From contig NC_042998.1 of NCBI RefSeq assembly GCF_006345805.1, positions 114,204,001-114,268,000 on the forward strand: DNA of 64,000 nucleotides. The letters are read 5' to 3'. Below, piece after piece: positions 1 to 14,964 of the stretch. The first letter of the stretch is position 1. Each line of letters opens with the position of its first letter. Position numbers and translations under genes: made by a program. Origin of the DNA: Octopus sinensis. Taxonomy: Eukaryota. The notes under the pieces are model-generated. The model was given only the letters and a program-made list of their open reading frames with translations. It had not been told where the DNA came from and ran no database searches.

Positions 1-479
1 TATAGTGCTCACGGTGGCGTTAGAGGGAATCAAATTTGAGTCTCTAGATTCAATAATGTAGACAACGAAAATAATACAAAGCAACAGCAAAAGGAACAAC
101 AAACTTAGTTTCTAGACGATCACCAGTCAAAACTCTGAGGATGGCAAAATATACATCGTTAGGATCATATCTGTTTACCACACCTTCATCGTGCAACGGA
201 AGAAAAAATTACAAATAAAAAATTCCAAGCACTGGTGGGAATACGAAGAGGGAAAAGAGAAGACAGTTACAAAAAAAAAAGGACACAAAATAAAACAATG
301 AAAATGGGTGAGGTAAAACAATTTCTTCTAATAAAATCTCTCTCGAAATCTCAACGAAATCTCTCTCAGGAAATGACGAAAAAAATAAAGAGAACGTAAT
401 TGAAGGGTGATTCACCGTTCTTCGAAAATCAAACAAACCGTTAATTGAGATAAGTACGTATCTGTGGTGCCACTGATCA

Positions 480-1300
480 TCCCCAAAAGTTAGGATGGCA
501 CTAAAACAATCAGGTTCAGAATATAAACAACATACAAAAATTACATTACTTGTAAAATGAAAATCAAGACATTAAGGCTTACTTAAATGAGAATTCTTTC
601 AAGGTGTCTGAAAATAATCCTTAAGGGTGCGTTCGTTTGCACTCAAAAGTAATTTTAGAAATTGAAAATTTAAAAGAGTTGCCGAGTGTCCTTACTGAAC
701 TTAACGGGAAAATCAGTATCACTGAATGGTTAAGGAGTTTTCGTCGCAATCACAAGGTCCGGGGATCGATTTCTAAAGTCGAGAGTCGACTTTGTGAGGG
801 AAACTGTATAGATTGTACCCGTAATTCAAATATGTAGCCTTATCCTATACTCCATTATGCTGGTTCTGCCTTACAATAACTTTAATGCCATACGTGTCTA
901 TGGAATGTTCAACCATTTAAACGGTAATTCAGGAGTAGATAGTTCATTTGATCGAATAAAAGATTCCTCTCTGTCGAAAGATAGACATCTCCCGCCACAA
1001 CACACCACTAAACACCAGCACTTTTATTCAATATTTTACCAGTTTTCTTTATAAATTGTCTACCAATGGTGAAGTAAGACTACAATCATATACGATGAAC
1101 ACTAGAAATTACATGGTGATATTTGTTCCACGTTTTCCATTTTTCTGATTCAGTGTTCACTAATTATATTTCTAGATGGTCTGTTACAGTTTATTGACAC
1201 TGAACATTACAAGGTTTTCTTTTCCGTGCTTTTGTTCGTATTCACATGGAATTCATTCACTTTAATTTTTACCGACACAGACTGATACCCGGTATTCTTA
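480..1300 (+). pseudogene. Possible very old Penelope-like RT remnant
   Basis: Scattered in-frame words read by eye: ENQDIKAYLNENSFKVSENNP (~570-620), YVSM, IFLDGLL (~1170) and TWNSF (~1245) resemble PLE RT motifs (KLLxDxxxYxxLxxDP, GVSMG, FLDV, xWxSF). Many stops and frameshifts, so the assignment is weak. Confidence 0.3.
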
Positions 1301-1560
1301 TAATTTAGTTATATATTTTTGTCCTCTTTGCTAATGTCTGTTACGAATTGTCGCGCTGACCAGTGTGTAATGAATATATGCTGTCTGTATACTATAGCGT
1401 TTGCTCTTGGAAGAATAGAATAATAGAGTTAAGGCGAAATAGTGAATAATTATGACGAAGTTACATAGCTTCGTGTCCAAACGTATATTGAACATACATT
1501 TTTAAAAAAATAATCTTGCGCATACACATAAATATACAAAAATTGAAGCAGACACATACA

Positions 1561-2832
<1,272 letters not shown>

Positions 2833-2939
2833 CACATTATTTACATTTAACGGATATTTGTCCTGATCTTGTTTGTTGTTAACACACCTTTCCTAAGGTG
2901 TTTTTCGATGTTCTTCTTCTTCTTCTTCTTCTTCTTCTT

Positions 2940-3024
<85 letters not shown>

Positions 3025-3121
3025 TCACTGCCTGGAATCAAACTCGGAATCTTGGGTTTAGTAGCCCGCGTTCTTAACCACTACGCTATATGCCCGTGAG
3101 CATATGGCGTAGTGGTTAAGA
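2833..3121 (-). mobile_element. tRNA-headed short element (tRNA-like head + (AAT)n(AAG)n + unique tail) inserted in the Penelope RT
   Basis: Minus strand 3095-3021 reads GGGCATATAGCGTAGTGGTTAAGAACGCGGGCTACTAAACCCAAGATTCCGAGTTTGATTCCAGGCAGTGACCTG, with A box TAGCGTAGTGG and B box GTTTGATTCC, followed by (AAT)n/(AAG)n. PLE coding similarity stops at ~2832 and resumes after ~3121. Confidence 0.75.
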
Positions 3122-3775
3122 CCAAAATTGCAAATATCTTGAATGGAACTGGCTCACAATCTAGTAATACGACCTCCAATTTAGGTAAACCAATTAAAAA
3201 CACTGTATGAATAAGGACCGAATTGATAACATGGCATTTAGGAATTCACATAAATATAAACCCTATATCCCCAACCAATCTAATCCGACCAAAAATTCGA
3301 AATCTAGGAAACATGAAATTATATGGTTTGCCCAGCCTTTCTCTCTTCTGGTCAAACCATCACCCAATATTTTTTTTAAGGAACATTTTCCGAAAAATCA
3401 TAAATATTATCCTATTTTTAATAAATCATCTGTGAAACTGTCGTACTCTACTACTCTGAATTTTGGTTCGATCATAGCTTCCACCAATAGATCTAAACTC
3501 AGCCTTAAGAAATTTACCCACACAAATCTTTATAATGAACTCCATAATCCCCAAACTGACACTAACTCTAACGAAAACATTACACCATGTCAACCTCATA
3601 CAGTCGGGAATAACTTAACACCTAATAACCGCAAAATTAATACCGATGCGTGGGGAAAACATGTAATTGTCGACTAAAGGGATCGTGTCCGTTATCCGGT
3701 TCCTGTTTACGTAATAACATAGTATATAGGTGCTTTGAAGAAATCCCTGCTTCGCAGAGGGTAAGGGTTTGCATG
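3122..3775 (+). mobile_element. Penelope-like element, RT thumb/linker and N-half of GIY-YIG, segment 2
   Basis: ORF 3207-3677 RKHEIIWFAQPFS..FPKNHKYYPIFNKSSVKLSYS..NFGSIIASTN; a frame from 3662 reads CNCRLKGSCPLSGSCLRNNIVYRC (CxCx5C linker plus the VY half of the GIY-YIG motif). Confidence 0.88.
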
Positions 3776-6040
3776 GTTAGTTAGTTAGTTAGTTAGTTAA
3801 TTTGGCTCAAAAGCAAATAGCAAGACCATGTAGGGGGACATGGAGTTAAGTACAGGGTGGTGTTCATGTAAAGAGTTCAGGCCACTTGAGGTCCAGGGAG
3901 GCTTTGAACAAAGCGGTCGTCGGCATCTTCACCATCTCGTCTGGCAGCTTGTTCCACGGATCCGCAACCCGGACGGAGAAAGCTCCTCTCCTTCGATTGA
4001 GATGAAATCGTCGCAGGTAGAGCTTTTCGGAATGACCCCGCAGCCGACGCTCCGGAGCAGGAGTGAAGAACAGATCTTTCGAGAGGTTACACTTCCCGCT
4101 TATGATGTTGTGGGCGAGAATGAGATCACCACGGCGGCGGCGTTTTTCAAGAGAATAAAGGTCGAGCGTCCTCAGCCTTTCTTCGTAGGACAAATTTTTG
4201 AGACCATGAACCATGCGGGTAGCCAGCCTCTGGACTCTTTCGAGATGCTGTATGTCTTTGAGGAGATAAGGAGAAGAGGCTTGAATCCCATACTCCAATA
4301 TGGGTCTCACCAGCGTGACATAGAGTGGTAGGAATATGGCTGCTGTGAGCATTCCGAATGACCATCGAATCAAAAACAGAATTCCGCGCGCTTTGTTGGC
4401 AGCATGGACGCACTGGGCCGAAGGCGAAAAGGAGGAATCCACCAAGATACCCAGGTCCTTTACCTGATCGGTCCTCTCCAGCAGCAGACGACCCGGCTCG
4501 AAATCAAGTTGAGTTGCAGGAGTAGAGCCGACAGGCAGATGACAGCACTTTGACACGTTCAGACACAGGTCCCAATCGTTAGACCACTTCCAAATTTGGT
4601 GGAGGCATCGACGAAGATCCTCTATACTACCGCGAGGAGCGACCAGTTTGATATCGTCGGCAAATAGAAGGGTGTGTTGCGTGAGGTCGTCGGGCAAGTC
4701 ATTTATGAAGACTAAGAACAACAAGGGCCCAATAACTGAACCTTGAGGCACGCCACTGCTCGCACCGGAGACGTCGGACCGCGAACCATTAACTTGAACT
4801 TGGAAGGAGCGATCTGAGAGGAAGGCACCAACCCATCGTACAATATCCGGATGGAAACTATATGCTTGAAGCTTGACAAGTAGTAGGCGGTGGTTTACCG
4901 AGTCAAAAGCTTTGGCAAAGTCCAATAAAACGATGTCAACAGCATCACTATCATCGAGGATGCGCGTCACCAATTCTTCCATTACTAGTAAGTTGGTCAA
5001 GTATGATCTCTTCGGCACGAAGCCGTGTTGGGAATCAGTGATCGAGGCTGTGTTTAGGAGGTGGAGCATCATACTTTTCTTAAGGATGGTTTCGAACATC
5101 TTGCTGATTATTGATGTAAAGGAAACCGGTCGGTAGTTAAGAGGGTCTTCGCGGCTCCCTTTCTTGAAAATTGGGCAGATTATCGCTGTTCTCCAGTCTG
5201 CAAGTATAACACCCGTCGCCAATGACATATTTAATAGTCGTGTTAAAGGCTCGCAGATGACCGGAGCCAACGCTTGATAACCCGTGGGTGTATACCGTCA
5301 GGGCCGTGACCCTGTTGACATCGAGGCCTTGAATAACACGTTTGACTTCGTCCCGCGTGATGACCAATCGAAGCATTGGAGGTACCGATCTATCAAATGG
5401 AGGGGGTTCACGACCATCATCTTGTTTGAAAATAGTTGAAAAAGCCTCGGCAAATAATTGACTCTGTTGATAAGGGTCCTCAATCGATACGCCTGTTGAG
5501 TCTACCAACGTTGCAATCTGGTTGTTCAAGCGGGAATTCCGCTGGACATGGGCAAAGAAGGTTTTTGGATTGCTACTGGCATTTGCCGCGATTTGTATTC
5601 ATACCTGAAGCGTTCTTTCTTTTCAATTTTCACGGCTCGGTCTCGTTGAGTTTTGTACACCTCAAAGCTGCAGTCGAATCCAGATTTTTGAATTCAGCCC
5701 AAGCAATATCTCTGAGTCGACGTTCTCGTTTAACCTTCTTCGTCACCCAGGGCTTGTGTTTCTTCCTCTTGGGAAGCTCAACGGGAACTGCCTGGTCAGT
5801 CAAACAGATTACATGTGCTTTGAGGGATGACCATAGTTCGTCAACTGAGGACAACGTCATCAGGGATCGCCAGTCCAGAAGCGCGGAAGCCTCGGTTAGA
5901 ATTTCAAGATTAATTGCAGAGAAGACTCTACGTGGCAGCGAAGTAATCGTGGGCGTAGAAAAAGTTGTGTGCATGACGAACTTCAGGACCGCATGATCAC
6001 TCTTGGCAAGAGGGGCGCACACAGATACGTCTGACACTGA
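3776..6040 (-). mobile_element. 5'-truncated CR1/L2-group (APE-type) LINE inserted in the Penelope endonuclease
   Basis: RT ORF 3864-5270 plus frameshifted upstream pieces 5137-5529 and 5630-6037 (SDHAVL, APE C-terminus). Short 3' UTR ending in a (TAAC)n tail at ~3776-3800. Confidence 0.93.
3864..5270 (-). CDS. Non-LTR retrotransposon reverse transcriptase (uninterrupted 468-aa ORF, partial ORF2)
   Basis: Motifs NYRPVS, QHGF, LDFAKAFDSV, GVPQGSVIGPLLF, LLFADDIKL, VKDLGI, LYVTLVRPILEY, LERVQRLATR, LEKRRRRGDLI. Confidence 0.93.
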   Translation of the reverse strand: MAPVICEPLTRLLNMSLATGVILADWRTAIICPIFKKGSREDPLNYRPVSFTSIISKMFETILKKSMMLHLLNTASITDSQHGFVPKRSYLTNLLVMEELVTRILDDSDAVDIVLLDFAKAFDSVNHRLLLVKLQAYSFHPDIVRWVGAFLSDRSFQVQVNGSRSDVSGASSGVPQGSVIGPLLFLVFINDLPDDLTQHTLLFADDIKLVAPRGSIEDLRRCLHQIWKWSNDWDLCLNVSKCCHLPVGSTPATQLDFEPGRLLLERTDQVKDLGILVDSSFSPSAQCVHAANKARGILFLIRWSFGMLTAAIFLPLYVTLVRPILEYGIQASSPYLLKDIQHLERVQRLATRMVHGLKNLSYEERLRTLDLYSLEKRRRRGDLILAHNIISGKCNLSKDLFFTPAPERRLRGHSEKLYLRRFHLNRRRGAFSVRVADPWNKLPDEMVKMPTTALFKASLDLKWPELFT

Positions 6041-6900
6041 TCTTGGATAGCGGGAGAATAGGAAGCACTGTAGACTTTAAACATCGATATAGGGCTCATT
6101 TGAACTATTTTACTAACGTAAAATACAAATCTTCTTCAACGCTAGCTTCGTATATACAAGAACTTAAACTAAAAAAACATACAATACTCATTATCTTGGT
6201 CAGTACTAACAGAAGCACACCATACAATACAATTACGCGTGTATGACAATTGTGTATTAGAGAGTCCATGAATATCCTTCGCCGATATGGGCCTACATCA
6301 TTAAATAAGTTGTTGGATGTTATATTTCCCTGTAACCATAGATATCGTTCAACATTTAAATATTTTGGTAAACCTAAATGAATTAACCATTTAAATTTTT
6401 AATTATCTTCAGTTCCATTAACCCTAAACTCCTGCCATCCTCTAACTTCATAATTGACCAATTATTACCTGCTTAACATTTATAACATTCCCTAAATTAC
6501 ATTTCCCATAATTCCTGTTATAACATTTCCTCCTCCTGTTAACTGCATCTCCCTCTATAACTAAACCTCATTCTACCCAGTACAACTTAGCATGAGATGT
6601 AGAATCCTGAATCAGATACTCAGTGATGAAGGGGACAGTATCCAGTTTGGGAATGAAAACATTCTTAAAATCTATGGATTACTGTACCCCTGAAACGACA
6701 GTAAGAAGATTACCATCAACATTTTACCTTAACGATATTACTTATTCTTTCGTATTATTTACATTTGTTTTTGAAATATTCCAACCTCAACGCCACGATA
6801 TTATTTTATACGCACCTCGGAAGACTTTAGTTTATTCATTTTTTGTAAGGGCATACTTTTATTCTTAATAAAGTTTACAACACCGTTTAACCTATTTACA
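6041..6900 (+). mobile_element. Penelope-like element, C-half of GIY-YIG and 3' UTR/pseudo-LTR, segment 3
   Basis: ORF 6043-6246 RIGSTVDFKHRYRAHLNYFTNVKYKSSSTLASYIQELK..PYN, continuing *QLCIRESMNI..LNK (GIY-YIG helix, catalytic E region). C/T-rich UTR, then a hammerhead-like hairpin at 6623-6703. Confidence 0.85.
6623..6703 (+). ncRNA. Degenerate type I hammerhead ribozyme motif in the Penelope 3' region
   Basis: GTGATGA (C3 altered) - long stem II AGGGGACAGTATCCA/TGGATTACTGTACCCCT - GAAAC - GACA - GTA. Stem I pairing is not evident. Confidence 0.5.
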
Positions 6901-7174
6901 CACATCTATCTATATATGTATATTAGATTTTTATATATTTGTGTATCCATGAATTTTTAGTAGATTGATATGCATGGATCAATTGCAGTATATATGTATA
7001 AATAAATTGTCCAACCTATCTGAAATTCTCCTTAATTTTCTTTTTATACCTTTGCGTGTATATGCATACATGGCCACAGTCAAATGACTGAAACAAGTAA
7101 AAGAGTAAAGAGTAAAAGAGTATATGTATATATACATATATATATTTGTGTGTGTCGATGTGTGTATTATACAT

Positions 7175-7246
7175 AGGCGCAGGAGTGGCTGTATGGCAAG
7201 TAGCTTGCTTACCAACCACATGGTTCCGGGTTCAGTCCCACTGCGT
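7175..7246 (+). mobile_element. SINE family A, 5' tRNA-like head only
   Basis: Near-identical to the head of the full copy at 10790. A family A 3' end (CATGGCC..CAGTCAAATGACTGAAACAAGTAAAAGAGTA) lies just upstream at ~7068-7122. Confidence 0.8.
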
Positions 7247-7254
7247 AGAGGATG

Positions 7255-8200
7255 GGCGGACGGGGACCAAGTCTGAGGTGAATTTTATAGTTGATGCCAA
7301 CATTATTTGGGCAATGTCGAGGTCGATAAAATATATACCACTTGAGCATTGGGGTCAATGTAATCGACTTACCCGCCCTCGATATTGTTGGCGTGTACCA
7401 AAATTTGACACCATTATTAGAGGCAGATTCAAAAGCGACGAGTTGACAGAATCGTTAGCTCGCCAAAGTGCTGAGCCATATTTCTCCCGTTTTTACGTTC
7501 TGAGCTCAAATTCCGCCGAGATCGAGACCTTGCCACCCTCTTCAGACCTATGTAATAGGTAACAGTTGAGAACTGAGAACGATGCAACCGATTAGACCCC
7601 AACCTCCCAAATTTTAGGCTCTATGCCTATAGTAGGGAAAAATTATTAAAGGAAGGGTTAAGGAGGCAAGTTGGCAGAATCATTTGCATGCCTGACAAAA
7701 TGCTTAGTGGCTTTTCTTCCAGTTTTACTTCAGAGTTCACATGCTATAGAGGGCGAGTTTGTCTGTCATCTATATGAGGGTCCATAAATTAGTTCCAGTT
7801 GAACAGTGGAGTCTATAATCGACTTGTCCATTCTCCCTTATGTCTGTAGTAGAAAGAATTATAGAAGGCAGATACGATAGAACGCAATGAAAGCGCCTTG
7901 TGACATTTACTCCGGCGTTTTGCGTTCTGCCGAGTTCAATGCAGGTGAAGTGAACTGTGCTTTTCGGACTCGATGAAACAAAGTACCAGTTAAATAGCGG
8001 ACTCCATGCTATCGACAAAGCACTTTCACTTAAAAATTACTGCCTTTGTGCTTAAACAAGAAGAAATTATTACGTTTGAGCACCGAGAAAATATCTTGCT
8101 CTAAGAGTTCTGAGTCCAAATACAGAGTGTGCTTTGATTTTCATCCGGAATGATGTTATTATCGTTAGGCTCGTAAAATGGGTGAATACTCCGATAACTC
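7255..8200 (+). mobile_element. Cluster of decayed SINE family B copies
   Basis: Repeated remnants of GGCGAGCTGGCAGAATCGTTAG, TACGTTCTGAGTTCAAATTCCGCCGAG and GGGGTCAATGTAATCGACT motifs shared with the intact copy at 22781. Confidence 0.6.
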
Positions 8201-8493
8201 CTCTTCACCCAACATCTATGCGGAGTTTTCATTTGAAAATATAATTTGGCAATTCCATATGTACAGTAATGACAGTAGTTGATATTTCATACCATGCTAA
8301 TTAGTAATTATGTAATATCACTTATAGTCGTTAGGACTACAGATAATAGATGCAGTCGATTGCACAGACTACTGAGTCAACGCGTCACTATGGACACAGG
8401 CATTTAGTCTAAGCTAGAAACGGTTATTAATTTGGGTTAAATTATTGAGTACATTTTCCTTATGATGATGTAATAAAGAATAAGTACATATAC

Positions 8494-8678
8494 AGGCGTA
8501 GCTGCGTGGTAAGAAGCTTGCTTACCAACCACATGGTTCTGGGTTCAGTTCCACTGAGTGGCATCTTGAGCGAGTGCCTTCTACTATAGCCTCGGGCCAA
8601 CCAAATCCTTGTGAGTGGATTTGGTAGACGGAAACTGAAAGAAGCCAGTCGTATGTATGTATGTATGTATGTATGTAT

Positions 8679-8712
<34 letters not shown>

Positions 8713-8990
8713 ATCTGTGTGTGTATCTGTGTTGGTGTGTGTGTGTGCGTTTGTGTGTGTGTGTGTGTGTGTATGTCTTTGTGCCTGTGATTTTCCCTAT
8801 CATCGCCTGACAACGGGTGTTGGTGTGTTTACCTTCTCGTAACCTGGCGGTTCGGCAAAAGAGGCAGATAGAGTAAGTACAAGGCTTTAAAAAGTCCTGG
8901 GTTCAGCTTGTTCGACTAAAATCCTTGAAGGCGATGCTCCAGGATGGCCGCAGTCAAATGAGTGAAAAAAATAAAAGAAAGAAGAAAAGA
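8494..8990 (+). mobile_element. SINE family A (tRNA head, conserved central domain, internal (TG)n, RTAAAAGA tail)
   Basis: Co-linear with the copy at 10790: CTACTATAGCCTCGGGCC..GTGAGTGGATTTGGTAGACGGAAACTGAAAGAAGCC. Confidence 0.88.
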
Positions 8991-9025
8991 TTAAGAGAAT
9001 ATATTTATGTATGTATGTATGTATG

Positions 9026-9096
<71 letters not shown>

Positions 9097-9324
9097 TATC
9101 TATTTACCGATTTATCTGTCTGTCTCTCTGTCTATATCGAAGCGGCTAATAATTGTGTGCGTATGTGTTTGTATGTATTTGTAGAACTTCGAATGTTTGG
9201 TGTCCCAAACAGCTGGATTAATAATACATGCACACTTACATGTGACTCTTTCTCTCTCTCTTCACGTGTATAATATATATACATATATATGTATGTATGT
9301 ATATATATAAATATATATATATAT

Positions 9325-10191
<867 letters not shown>

Positions 10192-10789
10192 TATAATATA
10201 TATATATACATATATATATACATACATATATATATGAATATACACGCACAAATTATATATATATATGCACTTTTCGTCTGCTCAATGAGCCGAAAGGCAT
10301 CTATATAACCATTTGCAGTAGCCATAGAAATATTTTCTGCTGTGTTTTCTGATTCAAGCTTGTTGTGTTTATAGCTGTGTGTACCACTTGATAATTTTTA
10401 CCAGTTAAACGTCAGCTGGTGGAACACTCAAAATCTCTACAGTGGTCATTTTACAGCCTAAAGAAATAATAATAATTAAAAATCATTGCGTATATGTGTG
10501 TGTGTATATGTGTATGTGTGTGTGTGTGCGGTATATTTGCATGCATATGTATGTGTATACAGATGTGTATGTGTATATATATATGTATATATATATATGT
10601 ATATATTTTTGATTATAGAAAGACTATGTACTCACGCGTGCAAACGAATATACAAACACACACAGACTCACACACTGCACACACACGTACACACACATAC
10701 ACTCTCACACACACTCACACACACACACACACACACACAAATATAAACATTCACCTTTAATAAATCAGGATAAAGTTGAACATATATAT

Positions 10790-11196
10790 AGGCGCAGGAG
10801 TGGCTGTGTGGTAAGTAGCTTGCTTACCAACCACATGGTTCCGGGTTCAGTCCCACTGCGTGGCATCTTGGGAAAGTGTCTTCTGCTATAGCCTCGGGCC
10901 GACCAAAGCCTTGTGAGTGGATTTGGTAGACGGAAACTGAAAGAAGCCCGTCGTATATATGTATATATGTGTGTGTATATGTTTGTGTGTCTGTTTGTCC
11001 CCCTAGCATTGCTTGACAACCGATGCTGATGTGTTTACGTCCCCGTAACTTAGCGGTTTGGTAAAAGGAGCCCGATAGAATAAGTACTAGGCTTACAATG
11101 GATAAGTCCTGGGGTAGATTTTCTCGACTAAAAGCGGTGCTCCAGCATGGCCGCTGTCAAATGACTGAAACAAGTAAAATAGTAAAATAGTAAAAG
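10790..11196 (+). mobile_element. SINE family A, full length
   Basis: Head GGCGCAGGAGTGGCTGTGTGGTAAGTAGCTTGCTTACCAACCACATGGTTCCGGGTTCAGTCCCAC (A/B-box-like), central domain and tandem GTAAAATA tail. Confidence 0.9.
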
Positions 11197-12294
11197 AAAT
11201 ATATATGGAAGGTAAGTTTAGATTAAATATATAAGAAAAAACGAGAGACAGAAGTTGGAAAAATAGAGAAACAGTGAAAGAAATTTTATATATTGAAATA
11301 GTGAGAAATTGAAATACACACTGAGAATGAAAGAGAGAGAAAGAAAGAGGTGAGAGAGAGAAAGAATGAGAGAAAGTGAAAGGAGATAGGATAAGAAAAG
11401 GGAGCGGTGAAGCGATCGAAATGTTAAGGACAAAGAGATATGGATAAGTAGAGAGAGAAAGAGCCGATGAAGTATACAGAAGGACAAAGAAGGAGTAATG
11501 GAGACAAACAGAGAGAGAGAGAGAGAGAGAGAGAGGCGGAGGAGGAGGAGGAGGAGGAGGAAGAAAGCTACAAAGACACGCAGGTAGTCAGACAGTGTAA
11601 AACGAAAGTGAAACTAGACTAGAAGATGGAAAGAAAGTGGCTATTGTTTTCTAGCAAGCATGTAAAACTGTTAGTAAATTAATAGAGTGTACTTGAGCTG
11701 AAATAAAGCAGTCCCTTTCTACCCCTGTTGTATTTGACTTCATTGAATAATATCAGCCACTTATGTTCGGTTCTTAGTTTATGTTGTTGCTCTTAATATT
11801 ATAGTTGTTGCCTATTGTGAACTTGATTTGTTTAAGAGAAGGTGGAAAGGAGAGGAATCATTGTGATGGATAGGAGCCGGATAGGAGGTCATTAATCTAT
11901 TTGTTATCGTTAGCATAAAAATTACCATTTATCCCAACTCCTCTATACCCGAAAAAAAAAATTATAAGATAGAAAACAATATGTCCAATATCTCAATAAC
12001 TGTTATGCTTTTCTTTTACATACAGACGAATATATACTGTTGTTTACAACTACATATTGACATGCATATGCATACACATATATTACATAATATTTATTTT
12101 TGAAAGGCGTACATGTTTGAATATACATACATACACATACACACATATATATATACACACACACACATATATATATATATTATATATATATATATATATA
12201 TATGCACGCAAACATGAACACAAATGTATTCATGTACACATACAACACACTGAGAGATATAAATGTAGGAATACATACATACATACATACATAT

Positions 12295-12361
<67 letters not shown>

Positions 12362-12410
12362 TATATGTCTGAATGTGTGAGTGTGAATATGTAAATATTT
12401 ATATACATCC

Positions 12411-12446
<36 letters not shown>

Positions 12447-12739
12447 GGTGTGTGCAGTTGTTGCGTTTGTGTGTGTGTATATATATATATATATGCCTAT
12501 ATGCATGTGCATATGAACAGTAGACCACTCAAGAGACGAAACAATAGATAATTGGTGGAGCAGCATTAAATTACGTAACATTGCTGGGCGACCTCAGTGC
12601 GTGTGTGTATGTTTGTTATCCGTGTATGTGAAAGTGTTTGTGTTTTGTGTATGCGCATATGTTCCGCTGCATTCATGTATCAGACTGATACTTTGTCACT
12701 TGTGTAAATTTCTCATGCTGTCCTCCTTATTGTTTAGCT

Positions 12740-12960
12740 GTAAGGCGGTGAGCTGTCAGAGTGGTTACCACGACGGAGAAAATGCTTAACGGCATTTCGT
12801 TTCGCCTCTATATATTCCGAGTTCAAGATCCGCCGAGGTCAATTTAGTATTTCTTTCTTTCGTAGCCGATAAAATTAAACAACAGTTGAACATGTAGTCG
12901 TTCTAATCGATTTCCGCGTCCAATAAAATTTCTGGCCTTGTGCTAAAGTTTGAAACCATT
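12740..12960 (+). mobile_element. SINE family B, decayed
   Basis: GGCGGTGAGCTG..AAATGCTTAACGGCATTTCG..CCGAGTTCAAGATCCGCCGAGGTCAA matches the family B head. Confidence 0.6.
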
Positions 12961-13217
12961 ATTGTATAAATCTCTGCTATAATCTAAGATGAAAGGTACT
13001 CATGTATGATAAATATTCTGCCTCCTTTGCTATATACAAAACTACATCATGCAATATAAGCTTCCCTTTCTTAATGTGGTACGGTGTATATTCAATGAGA
13101 TTTTCGCTCGCAGATCGTGTGACCAGGACATATTCAATCAATTATCTGTTCATTTTACTCTTTTCTTTTGTAAATGTTGTTTCAGTATATATGTATGTGT
13201 ATATATATATATATATA

Positions 13218-13258
<41 letters not shown>

Positions 13259-13428
13259 TAAGTAGACATGGTGATGTAAACAGGGAGAATAGAACTCAAA
13301 ATATGTGTATATGTATGTTTCTATTAAAATTTACCGGAAGCAACAGAGTGACTCAAGGTCCCAGAGTTTTGTGCGTTGAGAACGTTGCCATTACACTCCA
13401 AATCCCGCTCTTGTTTCCGCTAAATACA

Positions 13429-13478
<50 letters not shown>

Positions 13479-13499
13479 CACACGCACACACACATATAT

Positions 13500-13666
13500 A
13501 TACGGCGTGCTTCTTTCAGTTTCCGTCTACCAAATCCACTCACAAGGCTCTGGTTGGCCCGAGGCTATAGTAGAAGACACATGCCCAAGGTGTCACGCAG
13601 TGGGACTGAACCCCGAGCCATATGGTTGGTAAGGAAGCTATTTACCACACAGCCACTCCGGCACCT
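13500..13666 (-). mobile_element. SINE family A, 5' half
   Basis: Reverse complement of the head and central domain of the 10790 copy. Confidence 0.88.
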
Positions 13667-13714
13667 TTTATATATATATATATATATATATACATATATA
13701 TAGATATATATATG

Positions 13715-13769
<55 letters not shown>

Positions 13770-14201
13770 TATATATATAATATCCTTAGTAAATTTGTTT
13801 CTGTTCTTAATTTCTATAATTTTCTTAAATATAACACCATCATCTCCTTTTCTTTCTTTTGTGTTTTTTCATCCTTGTTTCGGATTTTTCTTATTTTGGA
13901 ATCCGGTTAGTTTGCTATATGTAAACGCAACTATTAACTATGTCATTGTGTATCTTGCCTGAATTTCACACCTCAAAAGATATGTGTGTATGTATGTATG
14001 TATGTATGTATGTATGTATGTATGTATGTATGTATGTATGAATGTATGTATGTATGCATTTATGTATCTATGTATGTATGTAGGTAGGTAGGTATGTATG
14101 TATGTGTGCGTGTATGTATGTATGTACGTATGCATGTATGTGTGTATGTATGTAGTATGTATACATGTATGTGTATATGTATGTATCTATCAAGCTGTCT
14201 G

Positions 14202-14286
<85 letters not shown>

Positions 14287-14745
14287 ATATATATATATAT
14301 CGATCTATAACACAATCATGTTTTCTTTCTTTTGCTGAAACACAAACGTTGTGTTTCAGCATATATATATATATATATAGAGAGAAGAGAGAGAGAGATT
14401 GAGAGAGAGAGGGAGAGAGAGTGTTAGATAGATAGAGAGGTAGATAGATATGAACCTAACATACATACGTACCGTTTTCCCTATTTACTCTTTTTGTCCT
14501 CTTTCCTCTCTTCTTTCTCTTTCCGGTCTCTCTAGGAGTTTCCATTAGTATCCGATGAAGGGCTAAGTCTAAAACGATATATTTTCAATCTACATGTTTC
14601 TTTCTTTGAGCCTCATCCAAATGATATTAACTCCGAACACCCCTTGAACTTCTTTTTGTTATTTGGTTTTGCTTAACACATACATATTCCTATGTATGTA
14701 TATATACATATACATACTTATATACATGGATGCTATATACATAGT

Positions 14746-14794
<49 letters not shown>

Positions 14795-14964
14795 TCACAC
14801 ACAGATATATACATTACGCATATACATATATATGTATATGTGTGTGTGTATATATGTTTATATATGCACATAGATTCATGCACATACATACACATATCTA
14901 GTTAATATTGCTCCGATACAAAATTGTTATCCATAAACAAAATCAAATCTAATTTCCCCATATT

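Noticed and set aside
3021-3095. Functional tRNA gene
   Set aside because: Acceptor and T stems do not pair properly and it runs into a microsatellite tail; it is a SINE-type head.
3776-3800. (TTAG)n as an interstitial telomere
   Set aside because: Not TTAGGG; it is the LINE 3' tail.
3840-5996. Plus-strand ORFs of 163, 87 and 186 aa
   Set aside because: Antisense shadows of the LINE ORF2.
6235-6260. In-frame TGA at a conserved Cys position of the GIY-YIG domain (V-*-Q-L-C), suggesting selenocysteine, with an ATGAA/TGAA SECIS-like hairpin at 6626-6694
   Set aside because: The element has many other stops, so TGY to TGA decay is simpler. The hairpin lacks the AA at the SECIS position and is better explained as a hammerhead stem II.
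14552-14580. CCGATGAAGGGCTAAGTCTAAAACGATAT hammerhead-like word
   Set aside because: Two core positions are altered, with no stem I or NUH triplet; at most a dead relic.
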